Assembly (NCBI RefSeq): GCF_009914755.1
Contig: NC_060933.1
DNA: 64,000 bases
DNA from: the human T2T-CHM13v2.0 reference genome, Homo sapiens
Strand: one strand, 5' to 3'
Position 1 is the stretch's first letter; every line of letters begins with the position of its first letter. A program made the translations under genes and the position numbers. Below, piece after piece: positions 14,501-28,186 of this stretch. The notes below the pieces were generated by a model. It made no database searches. It had not been told where the DNA came from and worked only from the letters and a program-made list of their open reading frames with translations.

Positions 14501-15635
14501 AATCACTCAATACATTGCTGCTATTATTTCTTTGAAAAAAAGTCTTACAACAATTAAGAATAGTAAAAATAAAACATTTCATTTTTATACTTCCTTGTTT
14601 ATTCTTTGATCATCTTCCTTTCTTTATATAGACATGAGTTTCTGATGTACATTATTTTTCTTTTTAAAGAAATTTTTTAAACATTCTTTCAAGTCAGGTG
14701 TCCTGGTGATGAATTCCTTTAATTTTTGTTTGTCTGAGAAAATATTTCTCTTTCACTTTTGAAGGACAATTTCACTCTATATAGAGTTCACATTTGGTAG
14801 TGTTTCTTTTTCTTTCCACACCTTAAAAATTATATTTCAGTTTATTTTTGCCTATATGGTTTTTGATGAAAAGTGCAGGGTGGGTAACATGCTTTATTCC
14901 TGTCTTCTTTCAAGATTTTTTCTTTGCCTTTAGTTTTCTGTGGTTTAAATGTAATATCGCTGACAATAGATTTTTTATTTATTTATTCTGTTTAAAGACC
15001 AAGCCAGATGCGTTGTATTGTGTAATAGAAACTGATATAAATAGGCCTTGAGTGTAGAATTTGATGTTATTCTGGCTAGAAGTTGTGATCTATTTAATGT
15101 TAACTGCAGCTGCAGATGATGGAGATTTCTTCTAGGGTCTTTGTTTTTGTCTCCTCTGTTATCTTTGGGTTTTCAAAATAGAACCTGTTTCTAACAGGTT
15201 TTTTTTTGTTTTGTTTTGTTTTTTAATTATCAATCCACTGTTATTATACCAGAGCCCTGATGCTACTGTGGTAAAGTGTAGGGGAGGGGAGCATTCTATA
15301 ATCTTACAATCCAATCTTACTCTTTCAGTTGATCAATGTTCTTCACAAATGTTTCTGAGCCATATGCTTGCCCACCTTAAGTGAGACAGAAAGGCTAAAA
15401 AGGGCTGGAGTTGGGTAATTGCCTTTCCATCAGTTTGGGTAAGTCTATGGTGCAGTCTTTTCCCTTGCAAGGGAGTCCTTTGTTACTTCTCTCTCGAGGT
15501 ATTTCAAACAGTTACTTTTCTCTTATCCTGTTAGAAACACACGCAGATTTTTCTCGACTCTTTCCTGGGAGAACGTGGTGGTATTTCTTAAATTAAAGCT
15601 CATGAAAGTCAGGAGTTTCTCTTAAGAATGGTCCT

Positions 15636-15946
15636 GGCCGGGTGCGGTGGCTCACACCTGTAATCCCAACACTTTGGGAGGCCGAGGCGGGCGGATCATG
15701 AGGTCAGGAGATCGAGACCATCTGGCTAACACGGTGAAACCCCGTCTCTACTAAAAATACAAAAAATTAGCTGGGCGTGGTGGCGGGCTCCTGTAGTCCC
15801 AGCGACTCGGGAGGCTGAGGCAGGAGAATGGCGTGAACCCTGGAGGTGGAGCTTGCAGTGAGCCGAGATTTGCGCCACTGCACTCCAGCCTGGGCTACAG
15901 AGCAAGACTCAGTCTCAAAAAAAAAAAAAAAAAAAAAAAGAAGAAG
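15636..15946 (+). mobile_element. AluY, full length
   Basis: Y diagnostics (gagatcgagaccatc, ggctaacacgg, gaatggcgtgaaccc, ggagcttgcagtg), long A tail; 12-bp TSD aagaatggtcct at 15624-15635 and 15947-15958. Confidence 0.96.
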
Positions 15947-16299
15947 AAGAATGGTCCTTAGGAGTTTCTCATTCTGAAGCCAGTCCACAGCCTCGAGTAG
16001 TTTGTCAAAATTATCATTTAAGTGTTCCCACCAGTTTATGGCTCTGTGGCTTCTGCTTCAGGAAAATTGATCTCAGCTTCATTTCTCTGTATTTGCCTCT
16101 CTTTCCAGATTAAGAGGAGTCAGTTTGCCCTACGACCTCAATTCTCTGAAGGATAAAAGGAAATCATTGATTTTTAGTTTGTTCACCTTTTTTCTCATTT
16201 TAAGAATTGGAGTGATGACTTTCAAGCTTTTTACATACCAGAAAACAGAAGTCTGTAAGAATTCTTTTTTGACTGAATGTCTAGTGTTCCAATGTCTGA

Positions 16300-17575
16300 G
16301 TCTATTACTTCGTAGACAAATGTCAATCAATAGATGTTTGGTTTAATATAGTATATACGTTCACACCATGAAATACTGTACACTTGTTAAAAGAAATAAT
16401 ATGCTTCTGATTGCTGATACAGGACAAAGGAAAAAGATATCCAGGATATATTATTTTGTATTATCCAGAAAATTATACAGTAAGTGACTATTTGTGTACA
16501 ATAAGGGAAGAATAAGAATTTGTTTCTATGTTTAGTTGTATTAGCATAAAGAATCTTGAGAAGATATCTGTGATGGTTGATTTTGGGTGTTAACCATCCG
16601 CTTGATTGGATTAAGGGATACCCAAATAGCTGGTGAAGCACTGACTCTTTTCAATGCTCCTGTAGGCATTGAGCCCATCTTTCTTCTGCTAAAAGGGAAA
16701 CCAAGTGGTTTGGCATTCCTCAGGTGTGTCTGTGAGGATGTTTCCTGGGAAGATTGACATTTGATTCAGTGAACTGAATGGGGAAGGTCTGCCTTCAATG
16801 TCGATGGGAAGCATCTAGTAAGCTGGGGGCCCAGATGAAACAAAGAGGTGGAGAAAGGTTGAATTCAGGCTCTCTTTTCCAAAGCCAGAGCCCCCCTTTC
16901 TCTCCTGCCCTTAGTCATCAGAACTCCAGGTTCTTTGCCCTTTGGACTCTGATACTCACACCAGCAGTCCCCTGGGCTTCAGGCCTTCAGCCTCCAACTG
17001 AGAGATACAACATGAGCTTCCTTGATTCTAAGACCTTTGTTCTTGGATTGAGCCATGCTACCAGCTTTCCTGGTTCTCCAGCTTGCATATGGCCTATTGT
17101 GGGACTTCTCAATTTCCATAATTGAGTGAGCCAATTCCTCTAATAAGTCCCTTCTCATTTCTATCTCTCTCTCCATTTGTCTCTGCCCCTCTCTCTACAT
17201 AGATATATATGGAAATATACATTAGGTATATTATTATATTATTATTAGACATATAATAATATAAGGAAAGCAATGAATTCTTATTTTCCCCTTATTGTAC
17301 ACAAATGATCACTTACTAATTTTCTGAATATTACTTTTCACAAATTTATATATATATACATACATACATATATATCAGTCTGTTTCTCTGGAAAATCCTG
17401 ACTAAATAATAAGAAAATATTTAAAGTAGTTACCCATAGGAAGCAAAGGTAAGGGAATGAAAGAGTGAACAGGAGGCAGATATGGGAATTAGACAATTTA
17501 ATATAAATCATTTTATACAATATTGTTATTTTAGAACCTTATGATTGTACTATTTACACACATATACAAGTAATA
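16300..17575 (+). mobile_element. L1ME-type 3' fragment split by an MLT2 LTR
   Basis: aaatgtcaatcaatag...catgaaatactgtacacttgttaaaag before the LTR; L1ME-like tail at 17410-17575 after it. Confidence 0.5.
16569..17408 (+). mobile_element. MLT2B-family (ERVL) solo LTR, MLT2B3-like
   Basis: Starts tgtgatggttgattttgggtgt, ends tctgtttctctggaaaatcctgactaa; internal TA-rich expansion carries an extra insert. Confidence 0.85.
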
Positions 17576-18669
17576 TTCCTCAAGGTGCTTTTATTTGACT
17601 TTCATTTATAAACTTTGGGGCAAGTAACATTGATTTTTTAAGCTAATAATATAAGGAGAGTCTCCTAGGAAATATGAGGTTTTTAGATATTCCTTGTCAA
17701 CTTACACCCTGAGACTTGTGCTCCAGAGTCTATTTGGTCAGCCTGGATCTGAGAAACAAAATACAGTCTTTCTTCTAGAATACATTAGAGATTTTAAGGA
17801 TGTGAGTATACTTTTAAAGTTTAATTGTGATGACTTTGGATATTAACTTCCAATTTATATTTTTAATGCCACCTCATATAGTTTATTTGCTCTATCTTAT
17901 TAGCCAAATGTCAATCTTTTGGCCGGAAAACAGGATTGGAAGTCCCATATTTGCCAGAACACTTTAAGATTAGATCCATTTCAGTTTATTTTTATTCTCT
18001 TGGAAGACAGTGAAGAGTCATCTTTTACTCTGGATATCAAAACAGATGGAGTTTTACCAAATTGTCAATAGAACTTGAAGATCTCCTCCATCCACCCACA
18101 GTCTGTTTTACTCTTTTACAACCTTAAGGTTCTTAGGTCAACTGTGGGTGAAACTGACTCTGCATCTATTAGGTCAACTGTAATAGAATTGGAAAATGTT
18201 CACTTTTTAAATTGTCCACAGTAGTCATTGTGAGAATGTTGTTAAAGAGAAAGTTACCTAAAACTGTGGAAATAGTTTCAGATAGGAAAATGTTTGTGAC
18301 TCCATGAAACTGCTGTTATGACTAAATCCCCTGCCACCTCAAGCTTGCCACACTGCTTGAAAGTCTTTACTTACAACTGAAAGTGGGAATGGCAAGTAAT
18401 GTTCATCTTATGTGTCAAATTAGATCTATTGTTAGTGGCTACTCCTGGCAGTGTTGAGAAAGATTTTGGTAACAACCTGACATTAAGACACACTTAAAGA
18501 CAAAGTGCTATGATCCATCAGTGATATTCATTATAGATGTGAGAGGGGAGAGTGGTGGTACAAGAACTGTCAACTCCAGTAGGATTTGTAACTCCAGGAA
18601 GCCCAACTTTATTAATTATAAATTTTAGCAACTGCTGCTAAAATGTTATTAATTAATATGAAGACAGTA

Positions 18670-18790
18670 AACACTAACCCATATTTATTCCATACTTTCT
18701 ATGTGCCAGGTGCTGTGCTAAGGAATCTTTTTTTAAATCATTAACTAATCTAATCATTGCTGAACCCCTATAAGATATCATCTCCATATA
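18670..18790 (-). mobile_element. MIR fragment
   Basis: ctatgtgccaggtgctgtgctaag, typical MIR 3' end in antisense. Confidence 0.55.
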
Positions 18791-18880
18791 GTTTATCCTC
18801 AGTACAAATTATTTGTTCTTTAAAATGCCAGACCCAGCAATAATCTGCATTGGAACTCATTTATTTAATTTAAAAAACAC

Positions 18881-19014
18881 AATTAAATGAGAATCTTACA
18901 TAAGCCCTAGTTGATCTTGAAATGTATATATATATTTCAAAATTATGTATATATTTCAAAAATATATATATATTTCAAGATCAACTAGGGCTTATATAAG
19001 ATTCTCACTTAATT
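18881..19014. repeat. Near-perfect inverted repeat: 53-bp arms, 3 mismatches, 28-nt spacer
   Basis: 18881-18933 is the reverse complement of 18962-19014. Confidence 0.95.
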
Positions 19015-19015
19015 T

Positions 19016-19017
<2 letters not shown>

Positions 19018-19053
<36 letters not shown>
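19018..19053. repeat. (TA)n microsatellite
   Basis: Direct reading, about 17-18 units. Confidence 0.95.
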
Positions 19054-19054
<1 letters not shown>

Positions 19055-19959
19055 CTATCCTAGGTTTCAATAATTTTCTCAAATTTGCTATATAACACCT
19101 TCAAGATATTTGAAATATTCAACCAAATTTGAAGGATTTAGGAATTTTCATGATTTTAACACATTTTAAAAGTTTTACAATATTCTCTTAAGCAACATTT
19201 AAGAATAAATTTTCAATTAAATCTTTTCACCACAATAATGGTTTAAATAACATTTGTTTTGGTGAAAAAAATCCATAGAGTAAATCGCTAAATAGAAGCA
19301 AAAAGATAAGAGAGACAAAAATTTTAGCGTGCAGTAAAGGTGTCTCAAAATCTGCAACATAATATGCATTTCTTCTCTTGGTTGTTTAAAGGAATTCCCA
19401 CCATAGCCTTTATTCCATTAAACAGGGTAAGTATTATGACATAGAACAGGTGGTGTGTTAACATCTTTGATCATACTATAAACTAAATTTCCATTGCAGA
19501 AGAAACTATTGGAAATGTAATGAAAACATAATGAAGTCAACATTCTTGCTTACCAAATGGGACTTTGCAGCACAGTTAATTGGACGTCAGTGTGAAATGT
19601 TGACAGACAGAGAACAGAATGGAGGGAGAGATTTAAAGGGAGAATGATTTTATATAAGCATTTATATTTTCAGAAGTAGCTTTCACCATCTGGATATTTT
19701 CAATCATGTGGATAAAACATATAGTTGGATGAGATTTTTGGGTTTCATCTAGATTTCCCTATATCCTCTACACTGCTTACATAAGATTGAACACTCAATA
19801 GACACTCGCTGATTAATATTTGGCACCCTGTATTAACAATTACAAGTTTGCTCTGAAACTGAATATCTTGAAAATTGTGATATAAAATGTCGCTCAGCTT
19901 TCTTCTTTCTATTTCTTTATTTGGCTTGAAGGCAGTGGGGCTTTCATCAATTCCATAAC

Positions 19960-20593
19960 AATTTTATTTAGAAATAATTCACCTACAACTCAATTCACCC
20001 ATTTAAAGTATGCAGTTCAGTGTTTTATTTTCTATTCACAGCAATCACCACAATCTAATTTTCAAACATTTGTTTCACGAGAAATAAATACCATACCCAG
20101 TAATAGTCAATCCTGATTTTGCCCCATGTCCTGCCCCTGCCAGTCCTAAGCAACCACTAATATATCTCCGTCTGTATAAATTTCCTTATTTTGACTATTT
20201 CATGTGAATGGAATCATAAAATAGATGGTCCTTCTGAATGCCTTCTGTTACTTAGCATATTTTCAATGTTCATCTCTATTAAATCATGTATTATTTATTT
20301 TTATTGCAAAACAGCATTCCACTGTATGGATATACCGTATTGTACTTATCCATCCATCATTTGATAGACTCTGCAGTTGTCTTCACTTTTTGGCTATTAT
20401 AAACAATGCTGCTATGAACATTCACATACGAGTTTTTACATAGATCCTTGTTTTCATTTCTCTTTGGTATATACTTAGGTGTGCAGTTGCTGGGTCATAC
20501 AGTAACCCTGGTTGAGGAAAGCCTAGACTGTTTGCCAAAGCTGCCGCACCATTTTCAAATCCCACCAGCAGTGGATGAGGCTTCCATTTTCTC
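19960..20593 (-). mobile_element. L1MB-type LINE 3' end
   Basis: aattcacccatttaaagt...gcaaccactaat...aatgctgctatgaacattca...cccaccagcagtggatgagg. Confidence 0.85.
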
Positions 20594-20599
20594 TAGTAA

Positions 20600-20955
20600 T
20601 ATTGGCCTGTTGAGCCTAGAGTAGAGCTTTGGCCCTATTAGTAAAACCCAGCCCCAGAGGAAGAGCTAAGGAGAAAGGGAGCCCTTGTCTTCTTGGCAAT
20701 ACACACTGGTAGTAGAACTTCTTAAACACAGAAAGGTGAGGAGAGAGAGTGGTCCAAATACTATATATTCTTCCTTTTCTCACCAAGATTTAGTAGATTT
20801 TCTTGAATAAACCTTTATTTCTGTATGCCATTAGGACAATTTTTAGATATTTCGAATGATTGGTTTTTTCTATACACATAATTTTCACCAGTTAAATTGA
20901 TGTTTTGCTATGAGGAGCATCTGTGGAGTTCTTTATTCTACTATTCTAGAAGTTT
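20600..20955 (-). mobile_element. Old L1M 5'-region fragment
   Basis: aagatttagtagattttcttgaataaa...aattttcaccagtt resembles L1M 5' ends in antisense. Confidence 0.45.
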
Positions 20956-21147
20956 TTATCCTCTTATCACTATTTTAAATCACTGTCTCCCCTTCTGATT
21001 ACTTACTGACTTGAAGTGGCTTATGTAAATATGGTACTTGACACAAAATTAGTCATTAAATATGTTGTTTGTATATCACTGATTTCTCATCTGACACAAA
21101 GGAGGCCCATAAACAGTCAATATAGAATTTCACATGAAGTGAAAATG

Positions 21148-22832
21148 CAGTCATGTGTTGCTTAAGGACAGGGATACGTTCTGAGAAATTTATTGTTAGG
21201 TGATTCTGCCCTTGTGTACATCACAGAGTGTACTTACACAAACCTAAATGGTATAGTCTACTACACACATAGGCTATATGGTATAGCCTATTGTTCCTAG
21301 GCTACAAACTTGTACATGTTACTGTACTGAATACGCTAGGCAATTGTAACACAATGATAAGTATTTGTGAATTTAACATATCTAAACATAAAAAGATACT
21401 GTAAAGATACAGTATAAGAAGATAAAAAATGGCATACCTATGTAGGGCACTTACTGTGAATGGAGCTTGCAGAACTGGAATTTGCTCTTGGTGAGCCAGT
21501 GAGTGACTGGTGAGTGAATGTGAAAGCCTAGAACATTACTTTACACTAGTGTAAGGTATATTAACTTTATATACACTCAGGCTGCACAATCTATATTTAA
21601 AAATTTTTTTTCTTTAGTCATAAATTAATCTTAGTTTATGACATTTTAACTTGATAAACATTTTCCTTTTTTTAAACTGTTTTGACTCCTAATAAAACTT
21701 CTTAAAACACATATCATACAGCTGTACAAAAATATTATTTCTTTATATCCTTATTCTATAAGCTTTTTTCTATTTTTCATTTTTCTTTTCTTTTTTTTTA
21801 CTTTTTAAACTTCTTGTTAAAACCTAAGACACAAACGTGCAATAGCCTAGGCTTATGCAGGGTCAGGATCATCACTATCACTGTCTTTCACCTCCACACT
21901 TGTCCCACTGGAAGGTCTTCAAGGGCATAGCATGCATAGAGCTGTTATCTCCTATGATGACAATGCCTTTTCTGGAATACATCCTGAAGGACCTGAATGA
22001 GGCTGTTTAACAGTTTTTTTTTTTTTTTTTAATATAAGTAGAACGAGTACACTCTAAAATAATAATAAATAGTATAGTAAGTACATACACCGGTAACATA
22101 GTCATTTATTGTAGCAGGACAAGTCGCAGACAAAACTCCTCAGACACCGGATTAAAGAAGGAAGAGGTTTTTGTGTTCAGCCGAGAGCGTCCGCAGACTC
22201 ACGTCTTAAGAGCTGAGCTCCCCGAAAAAGAAATTCCTAGCCCTTTTAAGGGCTTACAACTCTAAGGGGTCTGCGTGAAAGAGTCATAATAGATCAAGTA
22301 AGCGTGAGGAACGTGACTGGGGGCTACATACATCAGCTAACGGAACAAAAAGTTTTACAGTGCTTTCTCATATAATGTCTGGAATTTACAGATAACACCA
22401 GTAGTTTTGGTCAGGGGTTAATATTATTATTTTAACCACCAGGGCCAGGTGGCGGCGCCAAGGTCATCTAGCTATTTATCTTACTTCTGTTTATTTCCAA
22501 CTTTTTGCTTTCTCCCTTTTCTCCTGTCTTATAAACTAGGGAAAAGGGGAGGCTGGGGAGAAACTGGGAAGGACAACAGGAGAAGTGGTGGTCTCATACC
22601 ATATTATGATCAAGTATTATGTACTGTGCATAATTGTATATGCTATACTTTTATATGACTGGAAGCACAGTAGGTTTCTTTATGCCAGCATCACCACAAA
22701 CACATGAGTGATACTTTGTGCTATGATGTCACTAGGCGATAGGAATTTTTCAGACCCATTATAATCTTGTGGGACCACTGTCATATATGTAGTTCATCGT
22801 TGACCAAAATGTCATTATGTGGAATATCACTG
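21148..22832. mobile_element. Tigger3b-like (TcMar-Tigger) non-autonomous DNA transposon, interrupted by an LTR
   Basis: Degenerate TIRs cagtcatgtg... and ...tatcactg followed by TA; characteristic taggctatatggtatagccta and tgtacagctgt-type motifs. Confidence 0.88.
22110..22603 (-). mobile_element. ERV1 solo LTR, LTR15-like (494 bp)
   Basis: tgtagcaggac...gcagacaaaactcctcagacacc terminus; 4-bp TSD ttat at 22106-22109 and 22604-22607; many CpGs retained. Confidence 0.8.
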
Positions 22833-22834
22833 TA

Positions 22835-24070
22835 TTCTTCAAAATAAAGGTAGACATTTTCAGATAAAGGAAAACTAAGGATTTGTTGCTAGCATATCTG
22901 GACTTCAAGGAATGATAATTTTATTAGGCTGGATGAAAATAATGGTAAATGGATGTTCAAATCTTTTGCAGTGAACGAAGGCCATTGGAAATGGGAAGTA
23001 TATAGGAAATAGTAGGAATACATCTTAATTTCTTTAAAATACACATGACTGGTTTAAGAAAAACTTAAAGCATTAACTCAAGAGGCTTAGAATTTATGTG
23101 GATGTGATATATATATGACAAATGTAAGCACGAAGTGTGGAATGGGGTAAATGGAGCTACAAAATTGCAAGGTTTTTATATTTTATGTGAAGTTCTACAA
23201 TATTAACTCTAAACAGACTGTGAAGAGTTAACAATGCATAGCATATTTCCTACAGAAAGCACTAAAACATGAATGTAAAGAAATGTAACTAAAAGCCAAT
23301 AGATAAATAAGTTACATTTCTAAAGTATTCAAGTAATAAAAAAGAAGGTAGGGAAGAGGGAAGAGAAAGAGAAACAATAAGCAGAGGGAACAAACAAAAC
23401 AAAAGTTTATAGGACTAAATCAAACCATATCAATATTACATTAAATATTAATGGAATGAGCAGACCAATAAAAACAGAAATTACCAGACTAGATTAAAAT
23501 GAAATATCTAACTATATGTTGTCTACAAAAATGCACTGTCAACATAAAGACACATAGAAACTGAAAATACACTTATGGGAAAAGATACAGCATAGAAATT
23601 ATAAGCATAAGAAGATTGCAATGGCTATATTAATATCAACTAAAATAGACTTCAAGACAAAGTATATTATATTATTAAAGCCAAAGAAGGTGTGTCATAA
23701 TGATTAAAAGACCAATTTATCAGAAAGTCGAGACAATTTGTATCTGCTTAATAGGATAATTTCAAAATGTAGGCTAAAATGGCAATAATAAATAAATAGA
23801 TAATTCAATAATCATTCTAGAAAAACCTATTCCTTTTGCAATTAATAGAATAATTAGACACAGTAGAAATTTAGAGAATCTAAACAACAGTATTAACCAC
23901 CATAAGCTAATCAATATTTATAGAACATTACATCAAACAAATGTTACAGAATGTACCCAGAACATTACAGGTTTTTTTGAAGCACACATGGCATATTCAT
24001 GAAGATACATCATGTATGCTGAGCCACAAAAAAATAAATTTAGAAGAATTTTAAATAAATTTAAAAGAAT
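22835..24070 (+). mobile_element. Old L1M fragment (ORF1 end, spacer, ORF2 endonuclease remnant)
   Basis: A-rich; atatcaatattacattaaatattaatgga and aactatatgttgtctacaa match the start of L1 ORF2; degenerate. Confidence 0.75.
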
Positions 24071-24502
24071 CAGGAAAGCTGGTAGTGTAATTCAGTCTGA
24101 ATCCAAAGGACCGTTGGCACAAGAAAAGCCAACGGTGTACTACTCAGTCCAAGACCAAACCCATGAGAACCTTGGGGTGGGGGGGATGGGGAGAACTTGT
24201 GGAGTCCCTGAAGTCCAAAGGCCTAAGAATCTGGAGCTCTAATGTTTGAGGCAGGGGAAGATGATGTCCTAACTCCAGAAGAAAGAGGGGATTTGTTTTG
24301 TCTATACCTTATTGTTCTATCTGGGCCCTAAAGGGATTGGGATGATATCTCCTCACGTTGGTGAAAGTGGATCTTCTTTACTAAGTATGCTAATTCAAAT
24401 GCTAATGTCTTCTTGAAACAGACCTCAAATTCACACCCAGAAATAATGTTTTACCAGCTGGTTATCCCTTAATCCAAGTTGACAAGTAAAGTTAACCATC
24501 AC
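24070..24502 (-). mobile_element. MLT2C/D-type ERVL LTR (partial)
   Basis: caggaaagctggtagtgtaattcagtctga ... cccagaaataatgttttaccagct ... ttaaccatcaca. Confidence 0.8.
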
Positions 24503-24509
24503 ATTAGGA

Positions 24510-25740
<1,231 letters not shown>

Positions 25741-26196
25741 ATACCTAAAAATGTGGAGATGGCTTTAGAACTGGGTAATAGAGGATGAATCTTAAAGAAA
25801 TGTTCTGGTGAGGGCTCAGAATTGGAGAGCTGTAGAGAAAGCCTCAGTCTTCTTAGAGATTACTTAAATGGCCATGACCAGAATGCTGGTAGAAATATGC
25901 ACAGTAAAGGTCATTCTGATGAGGTTTCAGAGGGAAATCAGAAACATAGTACTGGCAATGGAAAGAAAGGCCACCCTTATTGTTAAATGGCAAAGAACTT
26001 GCCTGAGTTGTGTTCAGTCCTAGTGTTTAGTGGAAGATTGAACTTGTGGGTGATAAAGTAGGATGTCTTGTAGAAGAAATCTCCAAGCAAAGTGTTGAAG
26101 GTAGACCATGGCCTCTCTTGACTACTTATAGCAAAAGTTTTAAGTGAGAAGAGTGAAACTAATTAAAGATAACGTTTATAATTAAAAGGCAAACAG

Positions 26197-26477
26197 AGCT
26201 GGGCACGGTGGCTCATGCCTGTGATCCCACTGCTTTGAGAGGCCAAGGCGGGCAGATCACTTGAGGCCCAGAGTTCAAGACCAGTCTAGCTAACATAGTG
26301 AAACCCCATCTCTACTAATAAATAAATAATATTTTAAAAAAATTAGTCAGGCATGGTGGCAGGCACCTGTAATCCCAGTACTTAAGAGGGCGAGGCAAGA
26401 GAATCACTTGAGTCTGGGAGGCAGAGGAGGCTGCAGTGAGCTGAGATAGTGACAGAGTGAGACTTCATCTCCAAAAA
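26197..26477 (+). mobile_element. Alu SINE (old S/J type) with a small right-arm deletion
   Basis: TSD aaaaggcaaaca at 26184-26195 and 26478-26489; lacks the gccactgcactccagcctgg segment. Confidence 0.92.
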
Positions 26478-26647
26478 AAAAGGCAAACAAACATAATATA
26501 AAGAATTAGTTAGAAAATTTTCTGTTTATAAAAAATGAGAAAATGTATTTAGGAGAAAACCCCAAGAGTATGGTCAAATGACCGTTTGATAAGGAGGTTA
26601 GTATGGATAGAAGGAATCCAGATTGCTATTCATAAACGTAAAAACAG

Positions 26648-27358
26648 TGTATTAGTTCATTTTCACATTGGTAGTAAAGACATACTCGAGACTGGGAAAT
26701 TTACGAAAGAAAGAGCTTTAGTCGGACTTACAGTTCCATGTGGCTGGGGAAGCCTCACAATTATGATGGAAGGCAAGGAGGAGCAAGTTCCATCTTAAAT
26801 GGATGGCAACAGGCAGAGAGAGAATGAGGAAGATGCAAAAGCAGAAACCCCTCATAAAACCATCAGATCTCACCAGACCCAGTCACTACCACAGGAATAG
26901 CATGGAGATAACCATTCCCATGATTTAATCATCTCCCACTGGGCTCCTCCCACAAAACACAGTAATGATGGGAGCACAATTCAAGATGAGATCTGGGTGG
27001 GGACACAACCAAACCATATGTTTCCGCCCCAGCCCCTCCCAAATCTCATATCTTCACTTTTCAAAACCAATCATGCCTTCCCAGCAGTCCTCCAAAGTCT
27101 TAACTCATTTTAGCATTAACTCAAAAGTCCACAGTCTAAAATATCATCTGAGACAAGGCAAGTCCCTTCTGCCTATGAGCCTGTCAAATCAAAAGCAAGC
27201 TAGTTATTTTCTAGATACAATGGGGGTACAGACGTTGTGTAAATAAAATTGTTCCAAATGGGAGAAATTGGCCAAAACCAAAAAGCTACGGGCCCCATGC
27301 AAGTCTGAAAACCAGCAGGGCAGTCAAATCTTAAAGCTCCAAAATGATTTTTTTTTTG
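26648..27358 (-). mobile_element. THE1A/B LTR (26648-27021) plus truncated internal sequence
   Basis: tgtattag start, ggacttacagttcc, gaggaagatgcaaaagcagaaacccc; internal part homologous to 9497-9840. Confidence 0.88.
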
Positions 27359-27823
27359 ACAAAGTCATGGGAGTGAGGCTGCCTAGAGATTTTGGGACCC
27401 AACCCCCACCCCAGTATGTCTGTTATATTGGGACATGGACTCAAAGAAGATGATTCTTTATACTCAAAATTTAATACTGTTTTCCTTGTTGGGGTTTGGA
27501 GATACTTGGGAGCTGTTACTTCTTTACTTCCTATTTCTTCCTTTTGGAATGGGAATATCTACCCTGTGTCCATTCTACTACTGTGTTTTGGAAGCACATA
27601 ACTTGTCTGGTTTGATAGTTCACAGACAGAGGGGAGTTTGCCTCAGAATGAAACACACCTTTGGGTCTCACCTACATCTGATTTAGATGATATTTTGATA
27701 AGACTCTGTACTTTAAACTTTTGAACTGGTGCCAGAACATGGTAAGACTTTTAGGGCTATTGGGATAGCATGAATGTATTTTGCATGTAAGAAGGATACA
27801 AATTTGAGGAGCCAGAGATGAAA

Positions 27824-28186
27824 TGCTATGGTTTGAATATATGTGTCCCTCCAAAATTCATGTGTATAAGTAGTATTAAAAGATGAGGTTTTTGGTAAGA
27901 GGACTCCACCCTCATGAAAGGGATACATGACTGGAAGGAAAGCCCTAGCCCCTTTTTACACTTTTACCCTTTCTGCCATGTGAGGACACAGGATTTATCC
28001 TCTCCAAAGGACACAGAAACATGACACCATCCTGGAAGCAGAGAGCAGACCTCACTAGGCACCAAATCTGCCTGCACCTTAATCTTGGACATCTCAGCCT
28101 CCAGAACTTTGAGAAATAAATATATATTATTTATAAATTACCCAGTCTGTGGTATTTTATTATAGCAGCAGGAACAGACTAAGACG
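27824..28186 (+). mobile_element. MSTC/MSTD/MLT1A-type LTR (3' LTR of the 25740 element)
   Basis: tgctatggtttgaat ... cagcctccagaact ... ttatagcagcaggaacagactaagac. Confidence 0.85.

Larger units (their letters stand above)
8495..16254 (-). mobile_element. Long ancient L1MC/MD-type LINE, internally deleted, interrupted by a THE1D provirus and an AluY
   Basis: L1MC-like 3' UTR at 8495-9135, resuming at 11520; T-rich degenerate ORF2 antisense at ~11800-14150; L1M 5'-end-like sequence ending ...ccagaaaacagaagtc; no intact ORF. Confidence 0.8.
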
